Positions 12,498 through 26,247 of a stretch of DNA of 64,000 nt are shown piece by piece (positions within the stretch are counted from its first letter, which is position 1; each line of letters opens with the position of its first letter). The notes below the pieces were generated by a model that saw only the letters and a program-made list of their open reading frames with translations, was not told where the DNA came from and made no database searches. The stretch lies in assembly GCA_002633005.1 (NCBI GenBank), contig NMRA01000227.1, forward strand, positions 8,623-72,622. The letters are read 5' to 3'. The DNA comes from Phoronis australis. Taxonomy: Eukaryota; Animalia; Phoronida. Position numbers and translations under genes: made by a program.

Positions 12498-15400
12498 CAT
12501 TTATGATCGACATATGTCCCGAATGATATATGGTAGTTCGTGCGTCGCGAGTTCGTTACCAGAAATGAAACTAAGACCTGGGTAGGCGATATAAGGTCAT
12601 TTATTATGACTAATACAATTACAAGTAAGGTCATTTATATGACACATACAATTATAAGTAAGGTAGTTATATGACTAATACAATACCAGTAATAGTTAGT
12701 GACTAAACATGAGTAAGGTAAAAAATACTAATTTCTGGTAAGATGGGCAAATAAAAAGCGCCGGTCACGTGGAGGTACGAGGGAATGAGAGAAGGGGGAG
12801 GGTAGGGGGTGGTAAAATTTGAGAAGTTTTAGACGTACGTCGACGAGGCCGGAACGAAGGAGGTGACCAGAAAAAGAGGTTACAATAACAAATGTGGATT
12901 CCTAAGGACACATGACCAATCATCAGCCTGTGAGAGCCCCAGAGCTGACCAAACTGGGCACGTGATAACAATTGACCAATGAGGCTGGGAGAACAACGAG
13001 TAGTCCTACACAAAGGAATAATGGACTAGACCGAATTGAGGGGGGAAAGGAGTAAGACAGGTCCATATGCTCACATAAATATATTTAACGAGTGAAATAC
13101 CATTTATGATCGACATATGTCCCGAATGATATATGGCAGTTCGTGCGTCGCAAGCTCGTTACCAGAGATGAAAATAAGACCTGGGTAGGCGATATAAGGT
13201 CATTTATTATGACTAATACAATTACAAGTAAGGTAATTTATATGACACATACAATTATAAGTAAAGTAGTTACATGACTAATATAATACCAGTAATAGTT
13301 AGTGACTAAACATGAGTAAGGTAAAAAATACTAATCTCTGGTAAGATGGGCAAATAAAAAGCAAGAGATGTAGTAAGACAGCTCATGCCCGAGTTGTCGC
13401 ACATGAAGAGGAGGCGGTGGTTGGCGAGTTTGTGACCCCAGATCTCAAGGGCGAGGACGATGGGGAAGAGTTCCTTGAAGGTAATGTGGAGGTCGGGTGT
13501 AGACGTTGGTCAGAGTCCCGCAAACCGAGAACGGCAGCAAAACCACCATGGACGGCAGCGGCGTCAGTGTAGAGTTTGATGGATGAAGACGAAACCCATT
13601 TGTCGAAGAGAAGAAGTGATTTGCCATTGAAGTGCTCAAGGAAGAGGAGCCAGCAGCGTATGTCAGCGCGACCCTCGTTGTTGAGAGTTACATGATGGTG
13701 AGGAAGGTGGAGCCCCTTGGTGAGGTCAATGAGGCGGCGGAGAAAAGCACGTCCCGGCATGATTACGAGGCAGGCGAAGTTGAGGAGGCCGAGGAGTGAT
13801 TGCATGTAGCGGAGCATGACTGCGTTTGCGTTGGAAGTGGTGCAGTAGCTCCGCGGCCTTGACGAGCTTGTCCTTGGGCAGGGAGGCAGACATGGTGGCA
13901 GTGTCGAGATGGATGTCGAAAAGGGTGAGGGCTGTAGTGGGATGAATGTTTTTCCCGGTTGATAGGGATACCGATGGATGAACAGAAGAAGAGGAAATTT
14001 TTGATGTTGTGGGAACAGTTTGGGGATTGTGGTGGGCCGATGAAGAAAAAGTCATCGAGAAGGTGACAAGTACCAGCTGCGTGAAATTTAATTGGATTCC
14101 ATGATCCACTGGAGGGATGTGCTGATATATCGTTCGAATATGTTGCAAGAGGAAGGTAAGCCGAAAGGGAGGCACCGGTCGTAATAGAACTGACCGTCCC
14201 AGGTAAAACCCAGGAACCTGTAGTCGGAGGGGTGGACGGGCACTAAGCGGAAGGCGTCTTGGATGTCGGTCTTGGCCATGAGGGAATAGCGGCCAAAGGT
14301 GAGAATGGAGTTGATGGCCGATTGGACTGATTGATATTGAACCGCGGTGAGGTGAGGGGGAATGAAAGCACTGACGGAGTGGTGGTCGCGGGATGGGTAG
14401 GAAAGGTTGTGGATGAGGCGGAATTTGTTTGGCTCTTTTTTGGGGACGAGGCCCAGGGGGACACGATGAAATGGTGGTGAAGAAAATGGGCCCGCATTGC
14501 GGGATGCAGTAGTCTCCCTGGTGATTTTCTGGAGAGTGAGGAGAGGATTAGAGAGGGCAGGGGGGTGATTGTGAGGAGGTGGGGAGGGGAAGGTGGAGGT
14601 GACGCCAAGACAGAAACTGTGAGTGAAGCCGTCTAGAATGTAGTGAGTGAGGGACGGGTCGTAAACCTTGGAGGTAGACTCTAAAGGAGTCGACGTTTAT
14701 GGGGGTGGGAAGGGGCGGAGGGGAATTTGCGGCAAGATTTGAGTGGGTGCTTGCCGTTGCAGGAGGAACAGGCATGGAGGTAGGGACACTGGGTGTTTGT
14801 GGGAGTTGTAGGACCAGCAATAGCCGGGGACGCGGCGGGAGGAAGGGTTACGGGTGGAGGGTTGTTGGGACCTGGGGGAAGTTTGAACCCACAGCTCCTG
14901 GTTGATGGTATGCCAGGGTGTACGGGTAGAAGAGCGAAGTTTGCGGAATTGCTGGTCGTAAAACATGGCATGGTGGAGTCCGAAGGTGGAGATAAAGTGC
15001 AAACATGATCGTCTGAGCATATTTGCACAAGTGGGGGGCCTGGTGGGGATGGGAGGTGGTGTAAATGGACATGTAAATTAGGAAGGCCAGAAACCATTCG
15101 TTGGAGGCTTGAAAGGATTTCGATTTGGGGATGGAGGTGATGACCTGCTGGTCATCCTGGAGAGTAATGGACAGGACGGAGGAGGGGTGGGGTGCAGCAC
15201 ATGGTAAAAATCAACGAACTGGTCCGTAACAATAAGTTTACGAATTCTTCTCATCACGATTAAAACCCAAGGGTAAAGTGTCCTTACCAGATATGGGCGG
15301 CAGGCTGGATGGTAGAGCAAGGCTGATGACCGGGTGTGGAGACGGCAGCCGGTTGAGACGCTGGCGCAGCGGCAACAGGAGACGGTGAAGTGGTCGACGA

Positions 15401-15830
15401 GGATGGTGTCAAGACAGATGGGTCCTCCCGGAGTTGCGAGATGACAGTCGCCACGATGGTAGAGATATCGGTAGTCGGTGGAGCTAAGGCGGTGGAAGTT
15501 GTCGCCGGTGACGTTGGTGCCGGGCGAGCGTATGGTGAGCTTGAAGCCCGTGTCGATTTGCGAGGCATCTGAAAGAAGAGGGGAGGAGAAGGACCTAAAG
15601 CAAGCGCATAACAGGCCGCCAGTGAGGGACCGAAAGACCAAGGGGAGAAAGGGGTGACGACCAGCTTGGAAAACTGGAGACGGGGAGGCATAAAGCCGAA
15701 AGGGCACACGGTGCCGAAAGTGTCGCATGGGAAACGAACGGAATACTGGGAAACGTGAATGACAACAGACGGGGGAGGAGAATGGCCGAAAAGAGAGGGG
15801 TAGAAGAGGCCACCGACATATCTGGCCCGG
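12498..15830 (-). mobile_element. Degenerate Ngaro/DIRS-type retrotransposon (gag-like, RT, partial RNase H; tyrosine recombinase missing)
   Basis: Minus-strand motifs: Cys/His knuckle (YCWSYN..CPYLHACSSCNGKHP), RT PLGLVPKKEPNKFRLIHNLSYP, MAKTDIQDAFRLVPV..YYDRCLPFGL, HLLDDF (about 14050-14067) and QSLLGLLNFAC..PGRAFLRRL..LYTDAA. About 260-bp direct repeats at 12498-12759 and 13101-13362 flank a spacer. Many frameshifts. Confidence 0.88.
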
Positions 15831-17412
15831 CGATTTAACCGGTGTGCTATTCAAACTGTATGAATTATGCAGGACACTGTCGTAAACAAAAGTCATCGAC
15901 AGTAGAAAGCTGCATTCCGAAAAGTCGCAATCACAATTTCTAGGCTTCACATTTCCTGAACATAAATTTTAAGCACCGATTTGTCTGTACAACAGACCAC
16001 CGTTTACACTTCAGTCCATCAGTCATGCCAGTTAGTTTGCGCAAAGCGCTGCCTGTTGAGAATTCGACTAGCCAATCAGAAATGCCGGTGTAAAAAAATT
16101 ACCAAAGAAAATTAAGTGATACCAGAGACCGTTGGTGATACCTGCGTGCTGGCGCGGCCAATGAGCTATATACATAGTTATATTTATCTCATTGGGCGCG
16201 GCTACCGCCCCACCTAGCGGCACGCAGGGAACCAGCGAGATCTTGCCAGAGATCATTATTTTTTACTTGCATGTAACATATTGTATTTTCTTTCGTATTA
16301 TTGTTGTCGCCGTATTAGATCATAATAAATGACCTTATTTTGCCGACACCAGTGTCCTCTTCATCTCTGGTAACGAGCTTGTGACGTGCGATTTACTTGG
16401 GACTTACATGCCGATCACAAATGGGTCTTGCTCGGCGCATGTAGAGCTTAGTCTCAAACACAAAATATGGATTCTTCGAAAAACTCATTGAAATCACCGC
16501 TGATTTTTTCCGCAGGTTAGTCTTCGCAGTTTGCAGATTCAGCTAGTGCAGATTCAGTATCCTAGCAAGTGCAGATTCAGGGACCTAGTCTTTGGAGGGG
16601 CCCCTTGACGGCATCCATGCGGCCACCTTTTTCGTACTTTTTATTGGTAACTGCTTAAGAGGCCGCTCATGGAGAAGGGGGCCTCCATGATGGAATAGAT
16701 TGCCTCTATTTTCCCGTTTCTGTGAAATCGTACAACTTTTCGTGTTAAGGAAGGTAATTTCTTTGATGGTCGCACGATGATGGAATTAATTGTCACCTTT
16801 TCTATTTTTAATGATATTTAGCCTTTCATATTAAGGGCTCCTTTTTCAGACGGGGTCCTCACTCAGAGGGGTGGCCCTGAGAAAATTGTCTCTTTGCCAA
16901 TCTATAAATCCGACACTGTCACGAGTGGAAGAAGATAAGACTCCAAATTCATCGAAAAAAACAAAACAAATTCGTGAAATAAAGCCTAGCGGCCCTAACA
17001 ACCAAAGAGGATTGTGTGGAAAAATACAAAGCATAGACTGCCATCGAAAGAAGTTTGAAAAACTTGAAGGCCAGTATTTGTGAATTATTGGTTTTATAAC
17101 GATAAAATGTCGATACTTTTTCTCATAGTATAATAATTATATTTCTTCTGAAAATTGTTATTAAGAGTCGTTTTTAAGTCGGACAGACTGTCTTGAGTAC
17201 ATTTCAAACGGATTAAGTTAAAACTGGCAAAGATTTCAGCGATTTTGGAGTTCAAGTTTAACTCACAAATTGTAACAGCTACCTCTAGATCGAACCAAAA
17301 ATCACGTTAACATGAATAAATCCGGAAAATTCTTGGCTGGCCCCCTTCTATGTTCCCGTCGAATGCCCATCCTGATTCTGCGAGCATTCCATCGATAATT
17401 CTTTATAATATT

Positions 17413-17655
17413 CATGCACGTGCGTAGCCAAAAATATAGGGGGCTTGAGAATGTGAACCTTTAACTAAAAAATAAAACGGGTACGTTTAGAGCTCTAATT
17501 TGTGCATTCGCCGAATTCCTGCCTTTTTAGTGGACTTTTGTCTCGTTTTCTCGGGCTTTATGTTTCTCTTAGAAGGACCTTTTTGCCCACTTCGCTAAAT
17601 GGGGGGGGGGGGCTCATTCGAGTCCCCCGAGCCCCCCCCCACTGGTGCGCGCATG
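17413..17655. mobile_element. MITE, 5-bp TSD ATATT
   Basis: catgcacgtgc ... gtgcgcgcatg flanked by atatt; G/C hairpin at 17601-17640. Confidence 0.72.
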
Positions 17656-18097
17656 ATATTATATTTTGATAAACTACAAATTCGTTGGTTTTTGATTTAC
17701 GATATCTACTTTGCTATGACAATCGAATGGTTTTTAGATGAGTTTTTGATTGTTGGAAGCTAATCTTGTGAAAATTGATGATGCTTCAGTTAACTTAGTT
17801 GCAGGCTGAAGTTGCCAATGGGAAAATTTCTATCATCCGATCCCCAAATAGTAAAGTTCTCGAGACCATCTTTGCTACCTGAAATAACTCTCAAAAGATT
17901 GATGAAGTTCGGAGACTCTACAGGGTGTCGCAAAAGTGTACTCACACTTCAAATATTGCCTTAGGAACAAGGTTAGTTGTTTTTTAAATCAAATTAAACG
18001 CATTGCTCATTAGCTTAGGAAGATAAATTGTCTTTGCACGTCCTTCATGTTTTTTTCCCAGTTATATTGCGCAATAAATTTTCGTTCTTTAGTGGCC

Positions 18098-18509
18098 GGT
18101 TGCATGAAACAGTCAACTCAACTAAGGTCCAAATGTATTTTTGGGTATTTGTGTCTTTATGGACTCACAGGTGCAATATTTTTGTATCATTTCATCTTTA
18201 TTATGAGCTCCTCTTTCATTAATGACATTTTCTAATACTATTGCCAAAAACTGAGCCCAGAGTTCATTGAAAATAGGGACTCGGTCCTTAAATTGGGGGT
18301 GTTGCATGAAAAGATCCCTAATTATTTTCGATAATATTGACAATTCAATGTAGAGCTCACTCTCGATTTGTATCAAAGCCAAAAGTTGACTTAGTAATGA
18401 AACTAAAACAATGCAAGAAAGGGCAATTGATGTTTTCACAAGTCCAAAAATACGTAGTAGATTTAGGGAACTTAGTTGAGTCCCTATTCGGGACTGTTTC
18501 ATGCAACCC
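18098..18509. mobile_element. MITE with TIR gttgcatgaaacagtc
   Basis: Inverted ends at 18098-18114 and 18493-18509; a homologous copy lies at 52912-54431. Confidence 0.7.
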
Positions 18510-21041
18510 GGCACTCAACCTCACCGTTTCAAAATTTATACGGCCTTATAAAAGCATGACTCTAAAATGATTTTCCCCATTAAACTGGACCATACCTAAG
18601 GCCAGTGCACACGCCAAAGTACGAGCTGACTACCTACCTGTCTCACTTGGAACTCATCATTTGATTGGATTGGCGGCTAGCCTAGTACATACAGGCAATT
18701 CAGTTTCACACCTTCACTCTCAGCTATATGCATCAATCTGCGCTGGCTAGCTTCGTTCTCACGCCCCGTGAAAATTTGTGGGTTGCTTAAATTGATGATG
18801 GCTGCTTCCCGGGGGTTTGCCCCCCAAAGAGTGTCGGGCGTGGGGGGAGCGAAATTGGTGACATGGGTAGGGTGGGGGTGGTGATAGGAAGGACGGGCGC
18901 AAATTGTTTCCCCCAATATTATTTACCTTCTTACGGGCCGGAAATAGTAATGCCAAACCATGTCTGCTTTTCATAGTAAGTAAGGCTTCACTTCGTCTGC
19001 TTGATTCCTGATCTCCGCGGCTTCATAGTTGCTTATAATTATTTTGAGCCGATTCACGAAATAACGCTTATTTCCTCCGCGATCTGTTGTTTGTCATTTC
19101 TTCAGTTAATTGGTAAGCCGACTAGACGAGAAAATCTCGCCGCCTGTTAGGCCTGCTGCACTGCCTCCACTTGCGTGCAGGGATGTACCAACGATAAAAA
19201 TACGTACACCATGATGAGTTCTCTGCAGGCCAGCTCTCGTATTGTCTGTTTTAGTGGTCACGTAATCCAGCAATATAGTATGTTGTACACAGCGCGCCTG
19301 ACGCTAACCGATATTTTAACATACTATTTGCAAACCGGACTTCCGACAAAAGTTATGAAGCAGATCGATGTGTTTTTCTGATACGAAATACTTTCACCAA
19401 AAAAAAACTTAGAATGGAGAACTTGAAAACGGCTGACTTTCAGAGAATGTAGACTTAACTTTCACCTGTTGATTTCTTTGTGTGACTGTAAGCTCTTGTG
19501 TGCCAACACAAAAGGCTTGCTTGACAAATTTAATCGAGTGCGATTCTAGATTAGTGGAAATTTCTGTGAGTTTACACTCCAGGAGATTCCGTATAGGCTG
19601 ACTGAATTAAAACGGCTTAGAGTGAAGGTCATGCCATATCTATCTTGAGGACATTAACATGGGGTTTTAATTTTAGAAGAAAAGTAAAATACAATTATTG
19701 CGTGGAGGTACTGGACGTCTTTTTTAAAAGTATTCAATCATGAACCAAAATAGGGAGTCGTCTCCGTTATTAGGCCTACTGGAAACGGTCTTGGAGCGGC
19801 GATGTGTTTTCAGCTTGTCCAGTTGAGGGCGCTATACAATCGCCTCGTTTCGAGTTGTGACGTCTCCGGAAAGAAAAATGGCAGGATGATCTCTGTTTAC
19901 GATTTTGTTCTACTATTACATTACAAGTAAGTACAGTGGATGCGATACCCCTATTTGAAACTAGTCAATGAAAAGATAATTTTTTTAGTACAATAGATAA
20001 CAATACAATTAATGTAGGTATGTGTGTCATGCGACAGCGACATAGACGAGTGAAGCTCCAAAGCCAGGCAAAGACAAAGTGGCCAATTGAGTCTACCCTG
20101 ACTTTGAGTGGCCAGGCAAAGCAACTGCTTTGAGACGGGTTAATGGTTAATTACGTAGACGAATGAGAACAAACTATCGCTAGTTTGCTACTGGTATAAC
20201 ATTACTTACTTAATGGTTAAATGGAATACTTCGTCTTTAGATTAGTAACTTAATTAGTAAATCTAGTTTGCGACTGCAGTCTATGGCTCTAGGAAATAAA
20301 AATAGAGAATGCATTCTCTTACCAAACATGCTAAGGCCATTTTCACTTCACAAACTGGGTTAGAGTTGACTGAAAAAGATTAACTTGCCCTGTCAAAGTC
20401 TTCATCTATGGAAGTTGGAACAAATACATTGAATGCAATCTGATATTTTAACAGTCCAACCTCACTCAGCAATTAGGTCTACAGAATGCTTTCCAGAGGT
20501 CAGCCGGAATAGAAAACATGAGGTTGCCATCTTGTGACATCATTACAATACGATAACCTCAGTTGGCTGCAGGGTCAGAACATAGTTAGATTCAGTGGTC
20601 AAATACTTCGATCATAGTGGTTGACTAGTGGTTGACTACAGGCATCCACTTGAAACTATAGTGATCATAGTTAAAACTAATCTTCCAGCTGAAAAAAGTC
20701 GTAGTCGTAGCTTCCTGGAAACTTAGTAGAGAAACACTGGCATAAGTCATATTTTTGGATGTTGTAGTGCTGCACTTGATCCTTACTGGGATAAAATGTC
20801 TCAGTCTGAATGGGTCTGATACATTGTATGCGGGTTACTAAACGAAAGGCATCAAATATGGAAGAAAACTGAAGGAGAGTGATTCCTATTAGACCAAGAA
20901 CAATAGGCAGTCGATAATTCATTTTTTGTATCTGACCTTTAAGCTGTATTGTTCTTAGTGCACTTTACTACTATGTTAAAAACCTGACATTTTTATGTGC
21001 AGTCTCTAGTTCAATGGCTTCAAGCTGATGGAGCAAAGCCT

Positions 21042-21246
21042 TGTGATCTGTGCTCCTTCCACTGAGTGACTGTGATCAGTGCTTCTTCCACTGAGTGACT
21101 GTGATCAGTGCTCCTTCCACTGAGTGACTGTGATCAGTGCTTCTTCCACTGAGTGACAGTGATCAGTGCTCCTTCCACTGAGTGACTGTGATCAGTGCTC
21201 CTTCCACTGAGTGACTGTGATCAGTGCTTCTTCCACTGAGTGACTG
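21042..21246. repeat. 29-bp minisatellite, about 7 copies
   Basis: (ctgtgatcagtgctYcttccactgagtga)n. Confidence 0.92.
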
Positions 21247-22352
21247 CTCAAATGTATTGGATTACATCCGGATCACAAAGTTTTTTCCATCTGCTGCAGG
21301 GCAAAGAACTCAAGAATGTACTTAAAAACGTTCTTAAGTTTTATGAAGATTTTCAACCAAACATGCTTGTGTCCGGAATATTACTGACCAGGGAGAACAG
21401 TCATGTTTTAACCGACTGGGTGTAAGTTGAGATTAGTTATGCGATGAACTCTGGTTTAAGTGAGGCAATGATGGAATTTTATGCTGAATGATCGACACAC
21501 ATTTTTTTCTGAATTGTGTAAAAATCTGACTTAAGAAATTCAATGTACGGTATGCATAGAGATTTATTTAAGAATTGATGTAAGAACTGTACTGTGGACC
21601 ACTGTCTGAGTTTAGCGAAAATCAGACTTGTGCAAGTTTTACTTTATGCACTAAGTTGCAACAAATCCACATGAGAGTAGGAAATTTGCTTTTTAAATCT
21701 CATTATTTTGTCCAATATAGTTAGTATCCCAATACAGTTAGTATCCCAATACAGTTAGTATCCCATTGAGCCGTTGAGCAATAGGGGGCACTAGTAGCTG
21801 TGTGCCCGCTTGGTTTCCTCCATTTTTTATCTCATTTCTACTTGCTTCTAATTTATGATATAGGTGCAACTTCACATGGTTGCCATGGTAACATTTCATA
21901 TTTTTACATCATTGTCATGTTTTCTTTGTTCACACTTCATGAATTACAATACACATTTCCTCCATGGTTTACGTGCTGAGTATTGTCACCTTGGCAACTA
22001 TTTTGTTCAGCATAATTATTCTTTGAAATACTTTTTGTTCTACATTACAAATTGTTTGATAAGAATAGACATTGACCATAGATTGATCATTCCTTTTGGA
22101 ACAAATAAAGCATGCCTTGACAGAGTTTCATAGATTATGCAAGAAACTAGACAGTAAAGCTGACGAGGTCACGACCTCTGCTTGCAATGTATGATTGGGC
22201 ACTATCATGATCTTTTTTCCATCTGTTGAACATTCCCCTGATGTATGTATGTATGTAAATTGTCCTTGTGTGTTCATGTTATCTATGTAAACAATGTTGT
22301 TTCAGTGGTTGAGATGACGTAGACGTTTACCAAGAACTGTAGGTGGTGGACT

Positions 22353-23573
22353 ATGGGCAGCAACCCTTCCAAACAGAAAGCCTTGCACCGTGCAGTCATT
22401 GATGGGGATGTTGACACTCTGTCCGACTTGCTCACTGACAAGGCAATCCTGCGACACCTGAGTAAGTGCCAACCAGTTAACTGTTTCACCAAATGGTGGT
22501 CAACGCCACTCATCTTGGCAGCAGAGAAGGGCCATGCCGGGTGTGTGCGGAAGCTGGTTGAAGCAGGTGCCAACCCCAACTGTCAGGATGAGTTTGGCAA
22601 TACAGCACTGCACCGGGCAGTTGCCTGTAACCACATCTCTTGTGTTGAACTGCTGCTCGGCTCTAACATTGATGTGAACCGCCAGACATATTTGACAACA
22701 CGGACTGCACTACACATGGCCGCGTCATCAGGTTACGGCAATATTGTTGAGCTGTTTACCACTCACACAGGCTGTGACATAGATAAGCAGAACAACTCGG
22801 GCCTGACACCACTAGGTCTGGCTTGTAACCGTGGCAACTATAGCTGTGTGGATATCCTGCTGAGGAAGGGAGCAAACCCACAAAAGAAGGTGAATGGCGG
22901 TGACTCGCCACTGGAGGAGGCTTTGCGCAACGAGAATGTAGACATTCTGGTGCTCCTTCTTGAAGCTATGTTTGGTTTCTACCTCACTGATCCTGACTTT
23001 GACATGCGCCTCGACCCTTGGACAGGCATCCATCGCATCACGCAACAGGTATTGACTGCCAGGAGTTTCGATGTGGCCTGCTTTCATTCCTTCCTGACTG
23101 TGTTCCTGAAAAACAATGCGTATCTCTTCCCCAATACTAACATCTCACCAGAGCAGGCAAATGAAAACCTTGCACTTTGCAATAAAGTCGTAGTGGACGT
23201 TTTACAGGCTACAGACATTGCATGTATGGAACTATCCTATGGACATTCGATTTTTTACAACTTCGTCTTGTCGCATGGAGACACGGCTTTTAGTCTTTTA
23301 GTGTTCAGGCTTCTGGCAGCTGCGGGTCATAATTGGTCCGATGCGGAGAAACGTTATATCTCGTCTAACTATAGCATTGATGTCCCTGACCCCAAGTTGT
23401 TGACAATACAAACCTTGCGTCACATGTGCAGACTTAAGATACGAAAACTGCTCGGATATTGCATTGTGAGCAACGTACGTTCTTTACATATCCCGACCAG
23501 ACTAAAAGACTATGTTCTCCTAAGAGATATAGAGTATAGTGCAGAGAACTTTTTAGAAACTAGTTTGCAGTAA
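22353..23573 (+). CDS. Ankyrin repeat and SOCS box (ASB-family) protein, 406 aa
   Basis: About 6 ankyrin repeats (LHRAV, TPLILAA, TALHRAV, TALHMAA, TPLGLAC, SPLEEAL) and a C-terminal SOCS box TLRHMCRLKIRKLLG...LHIPTRLKDYVL. Acceptor ttgtttcag at about 22305 implies an upstream UTR exon. Confidence 0.93.
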   Translation: MGSNPSKQKALHRAVIDGDVDTLSDLLTDKAILRHLSKCQPVNCFTKWWSTPLILAAEKGHAGCVRKLVEAGANPNCQDEFGNTALHRAVACNHISCVELLLGSNIDVNRQTYLTTRTALHMAASSGYGNIVELFTTHTGCDIDKQNNSGLTPLGLACNRGNYSCVDILLRKGANPQKKVNGGDSPLEEALRNENVDILVLLLEAMFGFYLTDPDFDMRLDPWTGIHRITQQVLTARSFDVACFHSFLTVFLKNNAYLFPNTNISPEQANENLALCNKVVVDVLQATDIACMELSYGHSIFYNFVLSHGDTAFSLLVFRLLAAAGHNWSDAEKRYISSNYSIDVPDPKLLTIQTLRHMCRLKIRKLLGYCIVSNVRSLHIPTRLKDYVLLRDIEYSAENFLETSLQ

Positions 23574-26247
23574 GCCATGTCTTAGCCTCATATGTGTTTC
23601 TGTTATGCTGCCTTTTGCGGGCAAAGGGCACTCTTTGGTCGATTTATTTTATTTTGTGCACCTCATGTTGATTTTTGTTTATTTTAGAACAGAGGTGTGT
23701 GTGTGTGTGTGCGCATGTTATAATGTAGTTCTTGAGCCATCCTGGACGTTCATGTTATTGTTAGTTGAAACTGGTCTACTGAACTGTCTGTATTTGCCCA
23801 ATTCTTAGATCCTCAGAGACATCTGATCTCCTTCGATAGGAAGATGTTGACTACTATTTGTGTCGGGAACTCTGGTCATGTGGGGTCTTGTTTGTCTGGT
23901 GACATTTGTATGTGTGTATGTTAGTACGTTTGTATGTATGTATAGACACACACGCACGCACACACACACACACACACACACACGGTTATGTTCATTGGTT
24001 CACAGTACTTCTAACTTCATCCCGTCAAGTGCCTTGCACGGGACGACTGCTTTCATTTATCAGTTTGGAAACATTCATTATTTAGTCGTATAGTACAGTT
24101 CATAGTTACACTGGAAAGAACCTATGGTAAATTAATTTGTTCAATTTGCCTTCTGAGCATTTTCTAAATTTCCAAAGTTTTTAAAAGCCAGTAAAGAATT
24201 TGTTGTTAAATTTCTTATTATCACAGCTACTGTATACCCAAGACAGAATTCAGTGCAGTCACTCCAAATATCCTAGCATAACTTTGTACCAGAGTCCACC
24301 AGTGTTGTTTTTTGTCATTCTCACTTCACACCTACTTCATTGTCAACACATGTACTTTGTTCAACTGATGATTGTTGTGCAAGTTTGTAGCAAGTCATTT
24401 TTAACAAGTTGGCCCTGTACAGTTTGTATACTAATTTATACTTGGCTCTAATATGTAACATTTGTTTGTTGTCTGAAGTTTTAGACAGGGAGTTACCTAG
24501 AATAAAAGATTCAAGACTTAAAGGCTGAAAAACAATCCGAACAAGACTCAAATGTGCTACATAATTCAAGCATAAGTAAGACATCCCAACTGACGAGACG
24601 TTAGAGGTTGCTTCACGAGAGTCTTTGGTTCGCCTTCTAACTCTAGTCACGAATTGTCATGGTCACACCCCAATTTCCCTCCAAACAAGGTTCTTTAGGT
24701 CTGTCCATGAACAGTCAAGAAACATCAAAATGTTTTAATATTTGAGGACTTAGCAAGGACTGGGTCTTATCCCATCCTCAAATGCTCTCAATACATTCAG
24801 AGAGCAGGATTTTTATTGCTTTCCCGTTCCATCTTGTGTATGAGGAGTCAGCTGTATGCAGTCAGCTGTATGCAGTCAGCTGTATGCAAGTAGGCCTAGC
24901 TGCTCTTATTGATCTCCATAATATGAATACAGCCATTGAATTAAAAAAATCTGCAATTTATGGTAGCAAGGTTTACTTCTTTCGAATTGGTGTTAACGGT
25001 GCAAGTCATTCTAAACAAAGATAGCATCTTGTGATCGGTCAATACTGAATAGTTGGTGTGTGAAATAGTCTTGATTTTTGTTGTCCCGTATCTAAAACTT
25101 GTCGGCAATTTCACTGTGCAGTTAACTATGCATTTGTCCGATCATCAGAGATGAGCAAAATATGAATTACCTGAAACGTCAAGAACACTAGCAAGAAGAA
25201 TGGTAACGATGCACTTTATTGACCAAGTTGAGGGAAAATCTGACTGATGCTTGTCAGACTTATGTGAGTTTTACTGTATTTTTTCTCATCACAAACACTT
25301 AATGTCATGAAATGAATGTGATTTGTAATACAAGTTACATTATTTACCAGTTGTGATTTATTACCATGTACAGACCGTACTACTGCAATGAATGGCACTA
25401 AGAGTGCTTGTCAGTTGTGGTATTTGATCATATACAGACCGGCCTATTCATCTGGTATTTGATCATATACAGACCGGCCTATTCAATGGTGATGAATGGA
25501 GTGGCTCTCAGGTCTATCAATGGGTAGCTAGCAATAGTCGGATATAACATGCCCACATTTTGAGAAGAACCAGTTGGATACCCGGTATTCAGTGGAGAAA
25601 ACTGGTTCTCAAAATGTGCGCATGTTATACCTGACTTAACATTTGGGCTGTTGACTCGTATTCTCTTAGAAATAAACTATTGGAACGGACTCAGTGAGAG
25701 CCTGTGTTTTACAGTTGGCCCCCACTTAGGTAAAATCTAAAAATTTGGAGCTTAACTTTGAGGCAAATACATTAATAATTAATTTTCTTCCTGCTGTCTT
25801 GAGGGTTGCTTTGCCATAACACTGAAAGATGATAACTTTAATATGATTCCATCAATTTTGTGGCCAACTATTAAACCAAGTTACCTGTCATTCCATGATA
25901 TTTAATCACTTGTGTAAACTGAAACATGTTCTGTACACATTGGCGTATATCCTTCTGAGTAAAACAATCTCTGTTACATCCTCTACTTTCCAAATAAATT
26001 ACAGACTCCAAGCAATTTGTCATGCTGGCACTAACTTCAGTAAAACTCACTATAAAGTTGGATCCTTGTTAGTTAGACCTTGGTGTAACTCTAATAGGGT
26101 TGATCATTATAGTTATCTATCACACTTGGTGCACTCAGTCCTTGAGAGGAGTCAAACATTGTCTTACTCCAATCATATCTCTTCTCATCGTAGTTGACTT
26201 GTGTCAGTTTTACAGTCGTTCCTAATGGTTCTAAACCCATGCCTTGC

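Noticed and set aside
15078-15950. 290-aa minus-strand ORF as a host gene
   Set aside because: Overlaps the frameshifted gag region of the Ngaro element in shifting frames.
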